Part shown: in pieces, positions 33,885-47,439 of the stretch | How the letters are laid out: the number at the start of each line of letters is the position of its first letter | Position numbering within the stretch: the stretch's first letter is position 1 | From: Octopus bimaculoides | Taxonomy: Eukaryota | Direction: 5' to 3' | Assembly (NCBI RefSeq): GCF_001194135.2 | Contig: NC_068990.1 | Location: 74,813,757-74,865,284, forward strand | DNA length: 51,528 bases | Translations under genes and position numbers: made by a program | The notes under the pieces: generated by a model | Databases searched by the model: none | The model's input: only the letters and a program-made list of their open reading frames with translations | Told to the model about the DNA's origin: nothing

Positions 33885-34262
33885 AAGACAGAGACTGTGT
33901 GTATGTCTGTGTGTAGCGTTTTTTTAACCCCATCAACTCACTTTCTCTACAACGATGTCAGTTTCAGTCAGCACCCACAACAAAAACATATATAAATAAA
34001 AATACACAAATAAAAATAAATTATACGGTTCGGGGTGTTAATGGGTTGTGCGACACACAAAGAGTGTGAGACACATAGAAACACACAGAGACACACTGAC
34101 AGAGAGAGAAAGACAGAGACAGAGAAAAACACAGACACACAGAAACAGAGAGAAAGACACACTGTGTGAGTGTGAGTGTGTGCGTGCGCGCGTTTTCTTT
34201 TACCCCATCAACACATTGATGGGGTGTGCGAAACAGAAAGTGTGATATAGAGAGAGACAGAC
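33759..34262. mobile_element. Three tandem cassettes bounded by the 10-bp inverted repeat GTTGATGGGG/CCCCATCAAC and filled with microsatellites
   Basis: Unit 1 33759-33937; unit 2 34037-34212; unit 3 starts at 34215 and is truncated. Confidence 0.6.
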
Positions 34263-34284
34263 AGAAAGAGGTGGTGGTGGTAGT

Positions 34285-34548
34285 GGTGGAGGCACAAGTC
34301 TGAGCAAGGTTGTTTGTGTAAGACCAGCAGTCGCCCATCCATACCAAGTCTCTCCTTTCCTCGCCTCGCCACCGTTGTTTTGTCCAAGGGAAATGCAAAG
34401 GCCGATACAACAAATCATTTGTACAGGTGACTGAACTGTAGCACCGTGAAATAAAGTGCTGAAGAACACAGCATACATCCCGGTCCAGGAATCGAATTCA
34501 CAACCTCACGACTGTAGGCCGGACGCTCTAACCATTGAACCATGCGCC
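34285..34548 (-). mobile_element. SINE family C variant (same head, different 3' end)
   Basis: Minus-strand head ggttcaatggttagagcg..gaattcgattccc..cactttatttcacg matches 12186 onward; the tail differs from 12330-12503. Confidence 0.65.
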
Positions 34549-34800
34549 TTCATGTTGTGTTTTATATTTATGCATACATACATATTTATCATACGGGCAT
34601 TATACATGCTCATATATACTCCAGAACACACACCAACAGCTGTAAACACACACACATACACACACGCACTTACACACATATTGTACGAGTACGTACATAA
34701 GGCATAAATATACATACACACACACAAACGGAGGTTCCAGCATGAACATGTACTTAAACACAGGGATGAATGTGCATACATTTACATGACTGTTTGCTTT

Positions 34801-34857
<57 letters not shown>

Positions 34858-35028
34858 CAGCAGCAGCAGAGAGTGAAGAAACAACGCATTTACAATTTAC
34901 CTTAAAATGTAAATGGTTAAAACAAAGATGAATACGTTTATCTCTGTTTATTTTGATCGACAAGATGGAAATAGAAGTGAGAATCTTAATTCCGAGGACC
35001 ACACAGACAGACAGACAGAACAGACAAT

Positions 35029-35067
<39 letters not shown>

Positions 35068-35261
35068 ACAGGCAGCTAGAGACGTGCGTTTATAGACAGC
35101 ATATATGTACGGAAAACCACAGGGGACCTGCATGACTAGTAAACAAAATGACTAGGAAGGAATAAGCAAGTATTTCCGTCGTGCAACGTCTACAAAGATG
35201 GCCTCTTTAAGAGAGAATTACTGGAGAAGATGAAAACCAAACCAACAAAGAGGTGGAGGAG

Positions 35262-35352
35262 GAGAAGAAGAAGAAGAAGAAGAAGAAGAAGAAGAAGAAG
35301 AAGAAGAAGAAGAAGAAGAAGAAGAAGAAGAAGAAGAAGAAGAAGAAGAAGA
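35262..35352. repeat. (GAA)n tract of about 28 units
   Basis: Direct inspection. Confidence 0.95.
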
Positions 35353-35468
35353 GCGAGCATGGACAAATGGAAAAGCACCCAACCTGAAGTGTGATGTTTG
35401 TATGTATGTATGTACTTATGCATTTATGATTGCATATGTATATACATTAATGTATACATGCACACACA

Positions 35469-35499
<31 letters not shown>

Positions 35500-36230
35500 G
35501 CACTGAAAGAAAGAAAGAAAGAAAGAAAGAAAAGCAGACATTGCGAAAGAGAGTGTGAGAATGAGTGAATGAGAAAGAGAGCCATAAGTTCTTCGGCTAA
35601 AAGACAAAGCAAGTATGACTAATTCCATGCGTTAGTGTGCTGTTTTTCTCGTTGTTGTTGTTACTATGTGTTATCTTTATTGTCGGCGAGAACTTGGCCA
35701 ATTTCATTTACAGGAGATTTCATTATTCCGTAACAAACACTCGACCAGGTAAACAGAATCCGCGAGGTTATCAAGTGCAATTGGATAACTGTATATTTAA
35801 TGTGTGTTGGTGTGACTGTACAAAAGTCATTATTTGAAATACCTTTAATGGAAGTCTGAAGTTTGGTAGACAATAAATGCATTATTAAAATAATTAGAAT
35901 GACCTTGAGCAGCAGAGCTTTCAGAGAACTCTGGTTAATATTATTAACGTGGTGGCATTTATTCGTGTCCATTTTCGTTCTCTGTCCAAATTCCTCACCT
36001 AACAATGTTGATTTCGATTTTCGTCTTTCGGGGTTCGATGAAATAAATATTAATTAAGCACGAAGGATTGATTTTATTAAATATACACCTTAATACGCCA
36101 AAAACAAAAAAACAAAAAAAAAGGGAGAAAATATTAGTATAGTATTGGACTGGAATTTTGTGGGATGGGGATAGCCAATGACATCCACTCCAGTGTTCAA
36201 CTATTACTTACTTTTTTCCTATCGCAAAAG

Positions 36231-36262
<32 letters not shown>

Positions 36263-36732
36263 NNNNNNNNNNNNNNNNNNNNNNNNNNNNNNNNNNNNNN
36301 NNNNNNNNNNNNNNNNNNNNNNNNNNNNNNNNNNNNNNNNNNNNNNNNNNNNNNNNNNNNNNNNNNNNNNNNNNNNNNNNNNNNNNNNNNNNNNNNNNNN
36401 NNNNNNNNNNNNNNNNNNNNNNNNNNNNNNNNNNNNNNNNNNNNNNNNNNNNNNNNNNNNNNNNNNNNNNNNNNNNNNNNNNNNNNNNNNNNNNNNNNNN
36501 NNNNNNNNNNNNNNNNNNNNNNNNNNNNNNNNNNNNNNNNNNNNNNNNNNNNNNNNNNNNNNNNNNNNNNNNNNNNNNNNNNNNNNNNNNNNNNNNNNNN
36601 NNNNNNNNNNNNNNNNNNNNNNNNNNNNNNNNNNNNNNNNNNNNNNNNNNNNNNNNNNNNNNNNNNNNNNNNNNNNNNNNNNNNNNNNNNNNNNNNNNNN
36701 NNNNNNNNNNNNNNNNNNNNNNNNNNNNNNNN

Positions 36733-36774
<42 letters not shown>

Positions 36775-37199
36775 GATAATATAATATAACATTATATAAC
36801 GCAACAAACGGAAAATTTCGCAAAATCATAACAAACAAAATTCGTAGTTAATTCTTCATCAGTCACTACTTGAAATCGACTAGAGTCTAACAAGTGAAGA
36901 AATATTATTCTTACTTCAGAGGAGAGCAGGAGGTGCACACAGACATATGATTTGTGTATTCGTATAATAATCTATCTGGATTTAATACCTAGGTGATAGC
37001 ATTCTAATTGTTTGATCACGGGCAGAAAGCAACGCCTACACATGACTCTTTTCAGTGCCTTTGATGCATGCGGGTGTAAGTTACCAATGGATCGGTGAAA
37101 TAGTTCGAATGCGTGCAACATTGTGAACCTTGATAAAGGGTTAGCTGATGGTGTTAAACCGGATTAACACACACGCGCATACACACAAACATCTTCTCT

Positions 37200-37500
37200 C
37201 ACTTCGTCTCATATTATGTGCCATGGCAACAAGCGTCAGCAATCATAATCATGGTCTTCCGTACCCTTATGTCAAAAGCGCACAGTGTCCTTGTATCAAA
37301 AGTGCGCAGTGTCCTTGTATCAAAAGTGCGCAGTGTCCTTCTGTCAAGAGCACACAGTGCTCTTCTGTTCCCCAACTTAGCACATTATACGGGCGATCTA
37401 ACTGGAGCAAACTATTAAGGCTATCCAATATCTTCTCACTCTGTATTTTCTGATTTCTTTCTTTCAGTCTGTTATCAAGTGCCCAAGGCCTTTTCTTTCT
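37200..37500 (-). mobile_element. Probable ancient R4/Dong-type RT thumb-region fragment containing a 24-bp x4 tandem repeat (37273-37368)
   Basis: Frameshifted minus translation KEIRKY.RVRKILDSLNS...LSWGTEE/LCALDRRT(LRTFDTRT)2LCAFDIRVRKTMIM resembles the R4 KEY..RVRKILKS.LN..INW..EEL..LD.KTRK.MTM region. Confidence 0.4.
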
Positions 37501-37634
37501 TCTTATATGGTGTCCAGTGAATCAAGGCTCTTATCTCTTTTTGGTGTTCAGAACCTTTCTGGTGGTCCAAAGAACTTGATGTTTATCACTTTTCTCTGTT
37601 TTCTCACTCTTATTGGTAGTCGATCATTTGACAA

Positions 37635-38876
37635 AAGGAGAGTAGACTGAAAAGTTCACAGGCTGACTATGAAGGAATGATGTTAGTGTTATGAAATCTT
37701 GCATGCATTAATTTCAACTCTTCTTGTTAATAACAGCTTTCTTTCATATCAGGTAAACTGATATCTGACTCAAAAGTAGACTTCAAAAGTAACTAGTAGC
37801 ATCTTTTCTTGAAAATGGAAAAGACCTAGCACCGTGATGTTATCAAGTACTTGCACAAAAAGAGATTTAGCCCCTAAGGACATTCATGCTGACATGGTTG
37901 CTACATGAAGAGCTGACGCTCCAGCTTCATTAACATTTCAAAAATGGACAACTGAATTTAATAGGGGAAGGGGTAGTTTTGAATATCACTCAAAGTCTGG
38001 ACGTCCTATAATTGCTACCACCGAGGAATACATTGATCGTGTTCATCTCATGACAGTCGATTGACTATAAATCAAATAGGCAATACTCATTAGCGTATTC
38101 CCTGACAAAGTTGAGAATATTCTACACAATGAACTTTGTATGACGAAAGTTTCTTCTCGATGCGTGTCACGTCTTCTGACACATGATCAAAAGCGCATCA
38201 AGCTAATCACATCACGGGAAAATCTGACATTGTTTCAGACAGATCCAGTTGGTTTCCTTGAATCTTTCCTAACACAGGATGAGTTTTGGGTTCATTACTT
38301 TAAGCCAAAGACAAAGAGATGTTTCATGCAGTAGAAACATCCTTCCTCACTTGCTCCAAAGAAGACCAAGGTTGTTTCATCTGCACGGAAGGTGATGGCC
38401 TCAGTTTTTGGAGATGCGAAAGGCATTGTGTTTATTGACAACCATCAAACGAGAATGCTATGCCAACTTGCTGAAGCAGTTACGAAAGGCTATAAAGAAC
38501 AAAACTGAAAACTGACGTAAGTGGTTTTGTTTCATCAGGATAACGCTCCAGCACGTAAGTCCTTGGTTTCATTGGCTGCTGTGCGTGACTGTGGCATTGA
38601 AATGGTTGATTATCCTCCCTATTTTCCTGATTGAGTCCCATCTGACTATCATCTGTTCTCTAACAGGAAAAAACACTTGGCTGAGAACCATTATCTTAAT
38701 GATGGCTTTTTTTAACTAACAAGATGAAAGCTTAGACACAACGGGGTCCAAGCACTGCAACACCGATGTAAGAAGTGTATGAACCGCAAGGAGGATTATG
38801 CTGATAAATAAACATCATTTGGTCACATTCCATGAGAATTCCTTGGTCAGCCTATAAACTTTTTAGCCGACCCTTG
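37635..38876 (+). mobile_element. Near full-length (about 1.24 kb) mariner element, transposase pseudogenized
   Basis: MEK..VIKY, SGRP, VSRLLT, FLTQDEFWVHYF, HQDNAPA and YHLF motifs with multiple stops. TIRs gactgaaaagttcacaggctgac / gtcagcctataaactttttagcc. Confidence 0.92.
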
Positions 38877-39049
38877 AATATATTTAATCCCTCAAGAACC
38901 CGAACGTTACTCCCAATCAATTTCCGACCACACACTTTCGTTTCCACCAACCAAATTTTTATTCACAAAGCTTTGTTTGACCAGAGGTTGCAGCAGAAAA
39001 CACACTTGCCTAAGGAACTGCGCAGTAGCCTCTATCCTGAAACGATGTA

Positions 39050-39335
39050 GTTCCCTGTAAAAGAACTCGGAAGGTTGAGCCTTCAGGAAATTTTCAGCAC
39101 CCTTCGTGTATACACACACACACACGAAGGGGTACCGAAAAGTTCCTGGCTTTGGGTAAAAGTAAATACAGGAGGATCAGTTAATTATGATTTTATTCAA
39201 AATATTCCCCTCTCAGATTCACGTACTTACTGCAGCGGTCCTTCAGTTTTTATAAACCCTACAAAACAACTCGGAAGGTTGTGCCTCCAAGCATTTTGCG
39301 ATACCCTTAAAGTCACGAACTTTTCAGCACATGCT
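39050..39335 (+). mobile_element. Mariner-type MITE (39122-39335) preceded by the 3' end of a second copy (39050-39110)
   Basis: cgaaggggtaccgaaaagttcctggctt and aagtcacgaacttttcagcac are inverted repeats. aactcggaaggttg.gcct is shared by both copies. Confidence 0.7.
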
Positions 39336-39740
39336 TAAGTTTGTGTGTATCCTTGTTTGTCCACCATTACCACTTGAAAACTGGCTTATTTACGTCTCTA
39401 TATCACCTCGGTAAAAAAAAAGATACCCATAGAATAACCTTAGAAAGGGAAAAAAAAAGTNNNNNNNNNNNNNNNNNNNNNNNNNNNNNNNNNNNNNNNN
39501 NNNNNNNNNNNNNNNNNNNNNNNNNNNNNNNNNNNNNNNNNNNNNNNNNNNNNNNNNNNNNNNNNNNNNNNNNNNNNNNNNNNNNNNNNNNNNNNNNNNN
39601 NNNNNNNNNNNNNNNNNNNNNNNNNNNNNNNNNNNNNNNNNNNNNNNNNNNNNNNNNNNNNNNNNNNNNNNNNNNNNNNNNNNNNNNNNNNNNNNNNNNN
39701 NNNNNNNNNNNNNNNNNNNNNNNNNNNNNNNNNNNNNNNN

Positions 39741-39785
<45 letters not shown>

Positions 39786-40184
39786 TTGTCCTAGATTGTG
39801 TGAGAAGCGGGCAAATAGTCAACTGAACAAGATTTGGTTGTAAAAAAATGTTTTAATTTCAATTATGATTTCACATCAAGGATTTGATCCCTGTTTGCAT
39901 CACTGGGAATTAGTTGAGAGCAGATATCTGCCTCATGGATAGCATTAACTGATTTGATCTACTTCTGTTACATGGAATATAAGCTATATGACAGTTGCAA
40001 ACAAAAATTAAATACAGAAAAAAAAAAAAACTTTGCAAGAAAAGTGATTTGAATTGAAGATTTTAAATTACAATCTCTCCATTTGGAGCAGCAGATATAC
40101 CAAGTTTTATCTTCAGCTTTTGTTTTACTCATGACGGTTAAGTTCATGCTGACGTGCTGCCATCAATATATGTGCATGTGTGTG

Positions 40185-40220
<36 letters not shown>

Positions 40221-41556
40221 CACACACGGGCTGATATCGAAGTGAAAATGAGTACTAAACACCGCAGTGGTGGGTAAATATTACTTGTGGATTAACAAAG
40301 AATCCCAGGGTTTCATGTCGAGATCTCAGTTACTCAAGCGATCCACTTGGAGAAGAGCACCAACATCCTCAAATGGATAACTGCAGAAATCTTGCCAACA
40401 TGAAACCATTGGTTGCCTTGTTAATTTACGAAGTATATATATAATGCATGTGTTTATGTGATTATGTGTACACAATCACAATGTATACAAATTATATATG
40501 TACATAGATACTTTATATATATGTATATTGTGTGTGTGAGTGTGTGTGTGTATGTAACGCACTATAGGGACATTTTTAAGGGATTGAAAGATACCATATG
40601 CACGATGAAGGACAGAAAACATTCAAATGTAACATAGAAGGCGTTCAACATTCATACGATGCGTTTAAAACGATTAGGTCCCTATAAAGTGGAATCGCAA
40701 CAGATGCTAAGAGTAGTATAGAATGTAGGTTATTCTATAAGCTAAAAATCCAGTCGGGTCTATTCAGCGTCAAGAGGGAGGGAGACAGGAACACATACTT
40801 TCTCTCTTACTCTCTCTCTCTCCACACACACATGCACAAAGCTGTAATAGACTGTTTCAATGACTAGTATATGCGTGCATATATGTAAATACATTCTACA
40901 GCTCTTTTTTTTTAGTCACCACGGTTATGACCATGTTGTAGTATATAGTAAAGTAGCTCCTTGCTGAAAACGCTTCAGTAAAAAAAGTTACTGAAGTATT
41001 ACAGTAACATTTGAAATGCCTTTAATGGATGTCATCTGAAGATTGCTTTTTTGTAATGAAAATCTAAGTGGTCAACTTAACTATATACGTAAGACATATC
41101 TACACACACTCTAGATCGTAATGAGGCCGCTTTTCGTTCTAATACTAAGTTGCCAATATACGAGTATATGCACACATGCTATTCAGTAAACACAACAGGA
41201 AGATAATACTGAACGCAAAATCATATATATATATATATATATATANNNNNNNNNNNNNNNNNNNNNNNNNNNNNNNNNNNNNNNNNNNNNNNNNNNNNNN
41301 NNNNNNNNNNNNNNNNNNNNNNNNNNNNNNNNNNNNNNNNNNNNNNNNNNNNNNNNNNNNNNNNNNNNNNNNNNNNNNNNNNNNNNNNNNNNNNNNNNNN
41401 NNNNNNNNNNNNNNNNNNNNNNNNNNNNNNNNNNNNNNNNNNNNNNNNNNNNNNNNNNNNNNNNNNNNNNNNNNNNNNNNNNNNNNNNNNNNNNNNNNNN
41501 NNNNNNNNNNNNNNNNNNNNNNNNNNNNNNNNNNNNNNNNNNNNNNNNNNNNNNNN

Positions 41557-41596
<40 letters not shown>

Positions 41597-43913
41597 TAAA
41601 GATCCAATAGAGGTAGAATAAAAAAAGAAGTCCATCCAGTGAGAGATAAATCAATTAATATACACAAACGAAAGAACTATTAATAGTTTCATGCTATTAT
41701 GGTACTTGAACGGGCATATTTATAAAATACGCCATGTACATTAAAGCATGCATATTCAGGCTCTAACGAAATCAAGAAAACTAAGATCATCATCCTCACT
41801 AATTACTGAAAGCTTATCAAATACAACTGGTTTAGAACAAAATAACAAAAAATATCAAAGTCTGTGAGACAGCAACTCAATCCAGAGCGGGTGGTGCTCT
41901 CCAATTGGATAAAAAAAAAAGAACCTGTCCATATGTTTTTTTCTCATTTTCTTACTGTCCAGCATAAACATCGGCCGAAAGATTGCTTTCAGATACGCGG
42001 CGTATTTTATGAATATGCTTGTTCAAGTATTATAATAGCATGAAACTATTAGTAGCACTTTCGGTTGTGTATTTAAATTTATATATGCTTAGAGCATGAA
42101 AGTTGAGTTGTCGTCAAAACTAAGTTTAAATAAATATACGAATAATTTTTACACTACGTATTGAGCATTAAGCTTTTTCCCTTCATTTATAAGTTAACAT
42201 TGGTGTGTTGTTAAATACATTCTTTAGCTTTGATGCAGCCAGCATGGTTAAGGTCATACTGGAGCAATAGTTTAACATTATATTCTAAACGACTGCAATT
42301 ACACACACTTACACACAATGTGTTCGACTTTTGCACAAAGGTTTTCCAGACAAAAAGATATACCACCAGTTTCTCCTGAGGAGAAACCAAGCATAATCTT
42401 GGTTTCAGAACCACTTCACACAGTCATTGGATAAAGGGGTTATTTTTATTTAAAAAATTTTTTTTTTACGTTGGTGTACATAAAGGTTTTATTCTAAATT
42501 CTGATACACAGGAGCCATTTTCTATTTCAATGGTCATCGGTTAAATATATACATAAATTTGAAGTCCTTCTTCGAAAATAGTTTCAGGAAAAGTACAAAG
42601 AAAAGAAAAGAAAAATGTGTAATTACAATGAACTGAAAATGAACAGAAAACCTCAATTACAAGCGATTATTACTAAGTAAGTGTATTTTCATGAAAAAAC
42701 ATTTTTTGTTTGTTTTTAATGAGAAAAAATAGAGCTATTTGACCAATGTAGAAGATTTAAAGAAAGGAGATCAAAACGTTGAGTTGTTATTATTTGAAAC
42801 TAATAACACTTAGAGATAAGCACATTTGGCAAAAGTATTTTACACTGCTATACTATGATTTCTTCATACAATTGAAATACTCTGTTTTGGTTAATTTTGA
42901 AAATAATGAAGAACTTGATAAAATAAATTTTGTCGTTAGTATGATGGTGTTTGGAGCATCGATTAACATGGAATTTTGATGGAAGGTTTTTAGTTAGTTT
43001 ATTTTAAAACAGGGAGTATGTATTATAGAATCAGGAACGCTCTGCGACGGGTTGGTATCAAATGAGTTAAATGTGGTTACTGCAGTCTTTGGGGAGAAAA
43101 ATAGGGTTAGATTTTTTTAGGTATTAAGTTTACATGTCAAACGAATACCCTTAGTTCAGTCCTGACTAAGACATTCCAGTCATGCCTACCCCATTTTTTT
43201 CAGATAATGTATCTGAAATTTAGATACATTGTCCGAAAAGTACACCACTTTCTTACGAAGGAAGTGAACTGAAAGAGTTTGGGCTGATATACCTAGCAGA
43301 TAAATTTGCCACAGAGGGTCCCTTGTCCACTTTTGGTCAGCCCCAATAAAGCAAATATATGATCCAAAGCATTCCAGCTGTGACCATCCTACTGAAAATT
43401 AATACAACTGTCTGTGAACTTCGTTTCTAAGATTGTGATTACAAAATTTAGCTGCATTACACCCATGACGATCCCATTCGCTTTTGGTTTTTAAACATAG
43501 TTTATCTAATATTACAAATATCAATCTTTTTAAAGATTGTTAGGTGTGATTTGTTGGAGAATAAGCTGCAATTTCTAACAGGCCAAACGACAGAATTGGT
43601 TCAAAGTCAAGTAAAACCTTGGTTTGTGATGCTAAAATGCACACATTAAATACATTTAGTCTAAGTAGAAAACTTCCAGAAATGGCTTTATCAAGGGTGA
43701 CAGCTGTGCAATGGAAGTGAAATACTTTCAATGCAGGTTGAAAGCCTCCATCCCAAAGCTCAGAGCTTGCTTTATGCAGATTTCCGTTTGGTGACTTTTT
43801 TCGCAAATGTCCCATGTTTCAAATTTCTTGTTTTTTTACCTCCTTTGGCGTCACTAAACAAAAGATTGTTATATTTTAAGGAAATTTCATTTTGAAATTA
43901 TAATGACCATATA

Positions 43914-44068
43914 GGCACAAGTATGACTGCGTGGTAAGACGTTTATTTCCTAAATACATGGTTCCAGATTTAGTCCCACTATGTGGCACATTGAGCAAGT
44001 ACCTTCTATTATAGTCGAGGGTCGACCAAAGCCTTGAATGGATTTGGTAGGAAACTGAAAGAAGACCG

Positions 44069-44120
<52 letters not shown>

Positions 44121-44312
44121 GGTTACCCCTCACTACCAACCGGTGTTGCTGTTTACGGCCTAGTAATTTAGCAGTTCGGCAAAAGAAATGGACAAAATAA
44201 ATACCAAGATAAAAAAAGTTCCGTGGCTGATTCCTTCGACTAAAAATTCTTCAAGGCAGTGCCCCAGCATGGCCGCAGCCAAATGACTGAAACAAGTAAA
44301 AGATAAAAAGAT
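43914..44312 (+). mobile_element. SINE family B, full length
   Basis: Left arm, (AT)(CA) tract and right arm ending gaaacaagtaaaagataaaaag. Confidence 0.88.
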
Positions 44313-44511
44313 ACAATAGAGTTTCTCGAGAACAAGGATTGATGTTTTGCCCATCAAACATGTGGTCATGAAAGCAGTGAATCAAGATGGTAGGCATGGA
44401 ATATACCATCACAAAATCATATCCAGCTGAAAGAATACATTTGTGGAGAAAAGTCTGAAACTGGAAGGAACAAACTGAGATTTTGTAAATGTAAGATACA
44501 TACGTATATTT

Positions 44512-44643
44512 AAACGGGCTTCTTTCAGTTTCCGTCTACCAAATCCACTCTAAGGATATAGTAGAAAACACTTGCCCAAGGTTCCGTGCAGTGAGACTGA
44601 ACCCTGAATCATGTAGCTGAGAAGCAAATTTCTTACCACGCAG
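44512..44643 (-). mobile_element. SINE family B left arm
   Basis: gggcttctttcagtttccgtctaccaaatccactc..cacttgcccaagg..cttaccac. Confidence 0.85.
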
Positions 44644-44649
44644 ACCTAT

Positions 44650-44784
44650 TAAATTCCGTCAAGAATGACTTTGCTTTTCATTCTTTTCAGGTGGACAAAT
44701 TAAGTACCAGTCATGTACTGAGGTTAATATAACCGACTAACACGCTCCTCCAAAATTACAGGCCCTGTGCCTATAGTAGAAAGG

Positions 44785-44823
<39 letters not shown>

Positions 44824-45249
44824 ATCATTATTTTGAGAATCATCAAGACCTGGAAGACGTTACTATACAACTGTAATGATCTTCCAAAGAACATTTTACC
44901 AATTAAATTTAACGATGTTTTAGGTAGGTTGATGATGAAAGGGCTAAGTGAAATAAATTCTTACTTATCAAACAATCATAAAACTTATCCTCTTTACTCA
45001 ATAGCACTGCTTATAATAAGATCTTGTTGCTGCTGCTATTATTATTATTATTATTATTATTAATAGGTGGCGAGCTGGCAGAATGTTAGCACTCCAAGCA
45101 AAATGCTAAGCAGTATTTCGCCCATCACTAAGATCAACCTTGCCTCTCATCCTTTCTGGGTTAAATTAAGTACCAGTGAAACACTGGAATCGATGTAATC
45201 AACTAGTCCCCACCCCTTAAATTTCAGGCCTTGTGCCTTCAGTAGAAAG

Positions 45250-45292
<43 letters not shown>

Positions 45293-45635
45293 TAGCCTTA
45301 TTTTTATTACGTGCTTTCACTACACTACCAAGTGGGGCTCTGTGTGCTTTGGTTATGTGCTGTGGCTTGTATTGGTGGTTATATTTACTGCATTGAAGTA
45401 ACGAATACATTATTTTACTGCCTTTAAAATGCATTACAGGGGATATTATTGCTGTTGTTATTGCTAAGATTGTTAAGATGGCAAGCTGGTAGAATCATTT
45501 GCATGCTGGACAAAACACTTAGCAGCATCCTGTCAGTCTTTGTTTGGAGAACAAATTCCGTCTGCCAATGCCAACTTCTGCCATAGCTCTCTCTCCCAAC
45601 AAACCTTCAGGCCCTGAGCCTACAGCAGAAAGATG
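44650..45635 (+). mobile_element. Three SINE family A copies (44650-44790, 45062-45252, 45476-45635); the first two end in (ATT)n and the second also begins in (ATT)n
   Basis: Diagnostic head, core and tail motifs. Confidence 0.8.
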
Positions 45636-46804
45636 AGGATTTTTTTTTTAATGTGTTTTAGAGAATGTGAAATATATATATAAAAAAAAAAAAAATTTAC
45701 ATTTTCCTTTTTGAAAACCTCAAAGGGAAACAATTAATAAAGAAACCATCTAACAAGGTTAGTGTGTGTGGGTGTGTGCACATATACATACATACATNNN
45801 NNNNNNNNNNNNNNNNNNNNNNNNNNNNNNNNNNNNNNNNNNNNNNNNNNNNNNNNNNNNNNNNNNNNNNNNNNNNNNNNNNNNNNNNNNNNNNNNNNNN
45901 NNNNNNNNNNNNNNNNNNNNNNNNNNNNNNNNNNNNNNNNNNNNNNNNNNNNNNNNNNNNNNNNNNNNNNNNNNNNNNNNNNNNNNNNNNNNNNNNNNNN
46001 NNNNNNNNNNNNNNNNNNNNNNNNNNNNNNNNNNNNNNNNNNNNNNNNNNNNNNNNNNNNNNNNNNNNNNNNNNNNNNNNNNNNNNNNNNNNNNNNNNNN
46101 NNNNNNNNNNNNNNNNNNNNNNNNNNNNNNNNNNNNNNNNNNNNNNNNNNNNNNNNNNNNNNNNNNNNNNNNNNNNNNNNNNNNNNNNNNNNNNNNNNNN
46201 NNNNNNNNNNNNNNNNNNNNNNNNNNNNNNNNNNNNNNNNNNNNNNNNNNNNNNNNNNNNNNNNNNNNNNNNNNNNNNNNNNNNNNNNNNNNNNNNNNNN
46301 NNNNNNNNNNNNNNNNNNNNNNNNNNNNNNNNNNNNNNNNNNNNNNNNNNNNNNNNNNNNNNNNNNNAGAGAGAGAGAGAGAGAGAGACTTTTTTTTTAT
46401 CGGCAGGGGAAAATAATTGAAGAGCTTTGTCACAGCCGTCCTAAATATACAGCAGGGCCGTGAGAGCAAAATGACAACATAAACAGCAGATCTGACAATG
46501 AAAAGATAAATGAGTAGTAGTAATAGTAGTAATGAAGACAGGAACAGGAGATGATGGCGACAACAGGTGGGATGTTGCGGGGGGGGGGGGACTAACTGTT
46601 GACGAATGAGATTAGGGAAAGAAGGATTCAGTAACTAATGAAAGGGCGGGAGGTTTGTTTCCGAAACAGGATAGGATTGATAAGATGACTTACAATAAGA
46701 CCAAGCAAGGAGGGGGGAAAAAAAGTGTAAAAACTGAAGAAAAATTCTGAAATTAAAGCCAAAATACAGAATGGAAATGAAATTAAAATTATTAATGATA
46801 ATAA

Positions 46805-47258
46805 TAATGGTTCCAAATTTTTCCACAAGGTCATTAGGGGAGGGAATGAGTCGATTACAGCAACCCGAGTGTTCAACTGGTACTTATTTTATCAACACTG
46901 AAAGGATGAAAGGCAAAGTCAACCTCGGTGGAATTTGAACTCAGAAAGAACATAGCAATGGGCGAAATACTGTAAGCATTTTGTCCAGCGCGCTAACGCT
47001 TCTGCTACCTTGTCGCCTTATTAATGATAATAATAATAATAGTAATAATGGTTTCAATTTTGCCACGAGGACAGCAATTCTGGGGGAGGGGATGAGTTGA
47101 TTACATCAACCCCAGTGTTCAACTGATACCTATTTTATCGACCCCCAAAAGGATGATAGGTAAAGTCAACCTTCGCGGAATTTGAACTAAGAACATAGCA
47201 ACGGACGAAATGCCATTAAGCGTTTCGTCTAGCGTGCCAATGATTCTGCCAGCTTGCA
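46805..47258 (-). mobile_element. Two tandem full-length SINE family A copies separated by (AAT)n
   Basis: 46805-47020 and 47050-47258, both with head, core and tail. Confidence 0.88.
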
Positions 47259-47374
47259 GCCGTCAATAATAATTAATCTAAAAACTTCGGAAAAAGAAAA
47301 AAAAAAAGACTGGAAGAAAGATTGAAAATGTATGAGTTTTGTGATATTTAACAAAGCTACTACCACAGATCTGT

Positions 47375-47439
<65 letters not shown>

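Noticed and set aside
43540-43815. 91-aa ORF in non-repetitive-looking DNA (likewise 18281-18490, 19177-19428, 42211-42414)
   Set aside because: No recognisable domain or splice context; lengths are compatible with chance ORFs.
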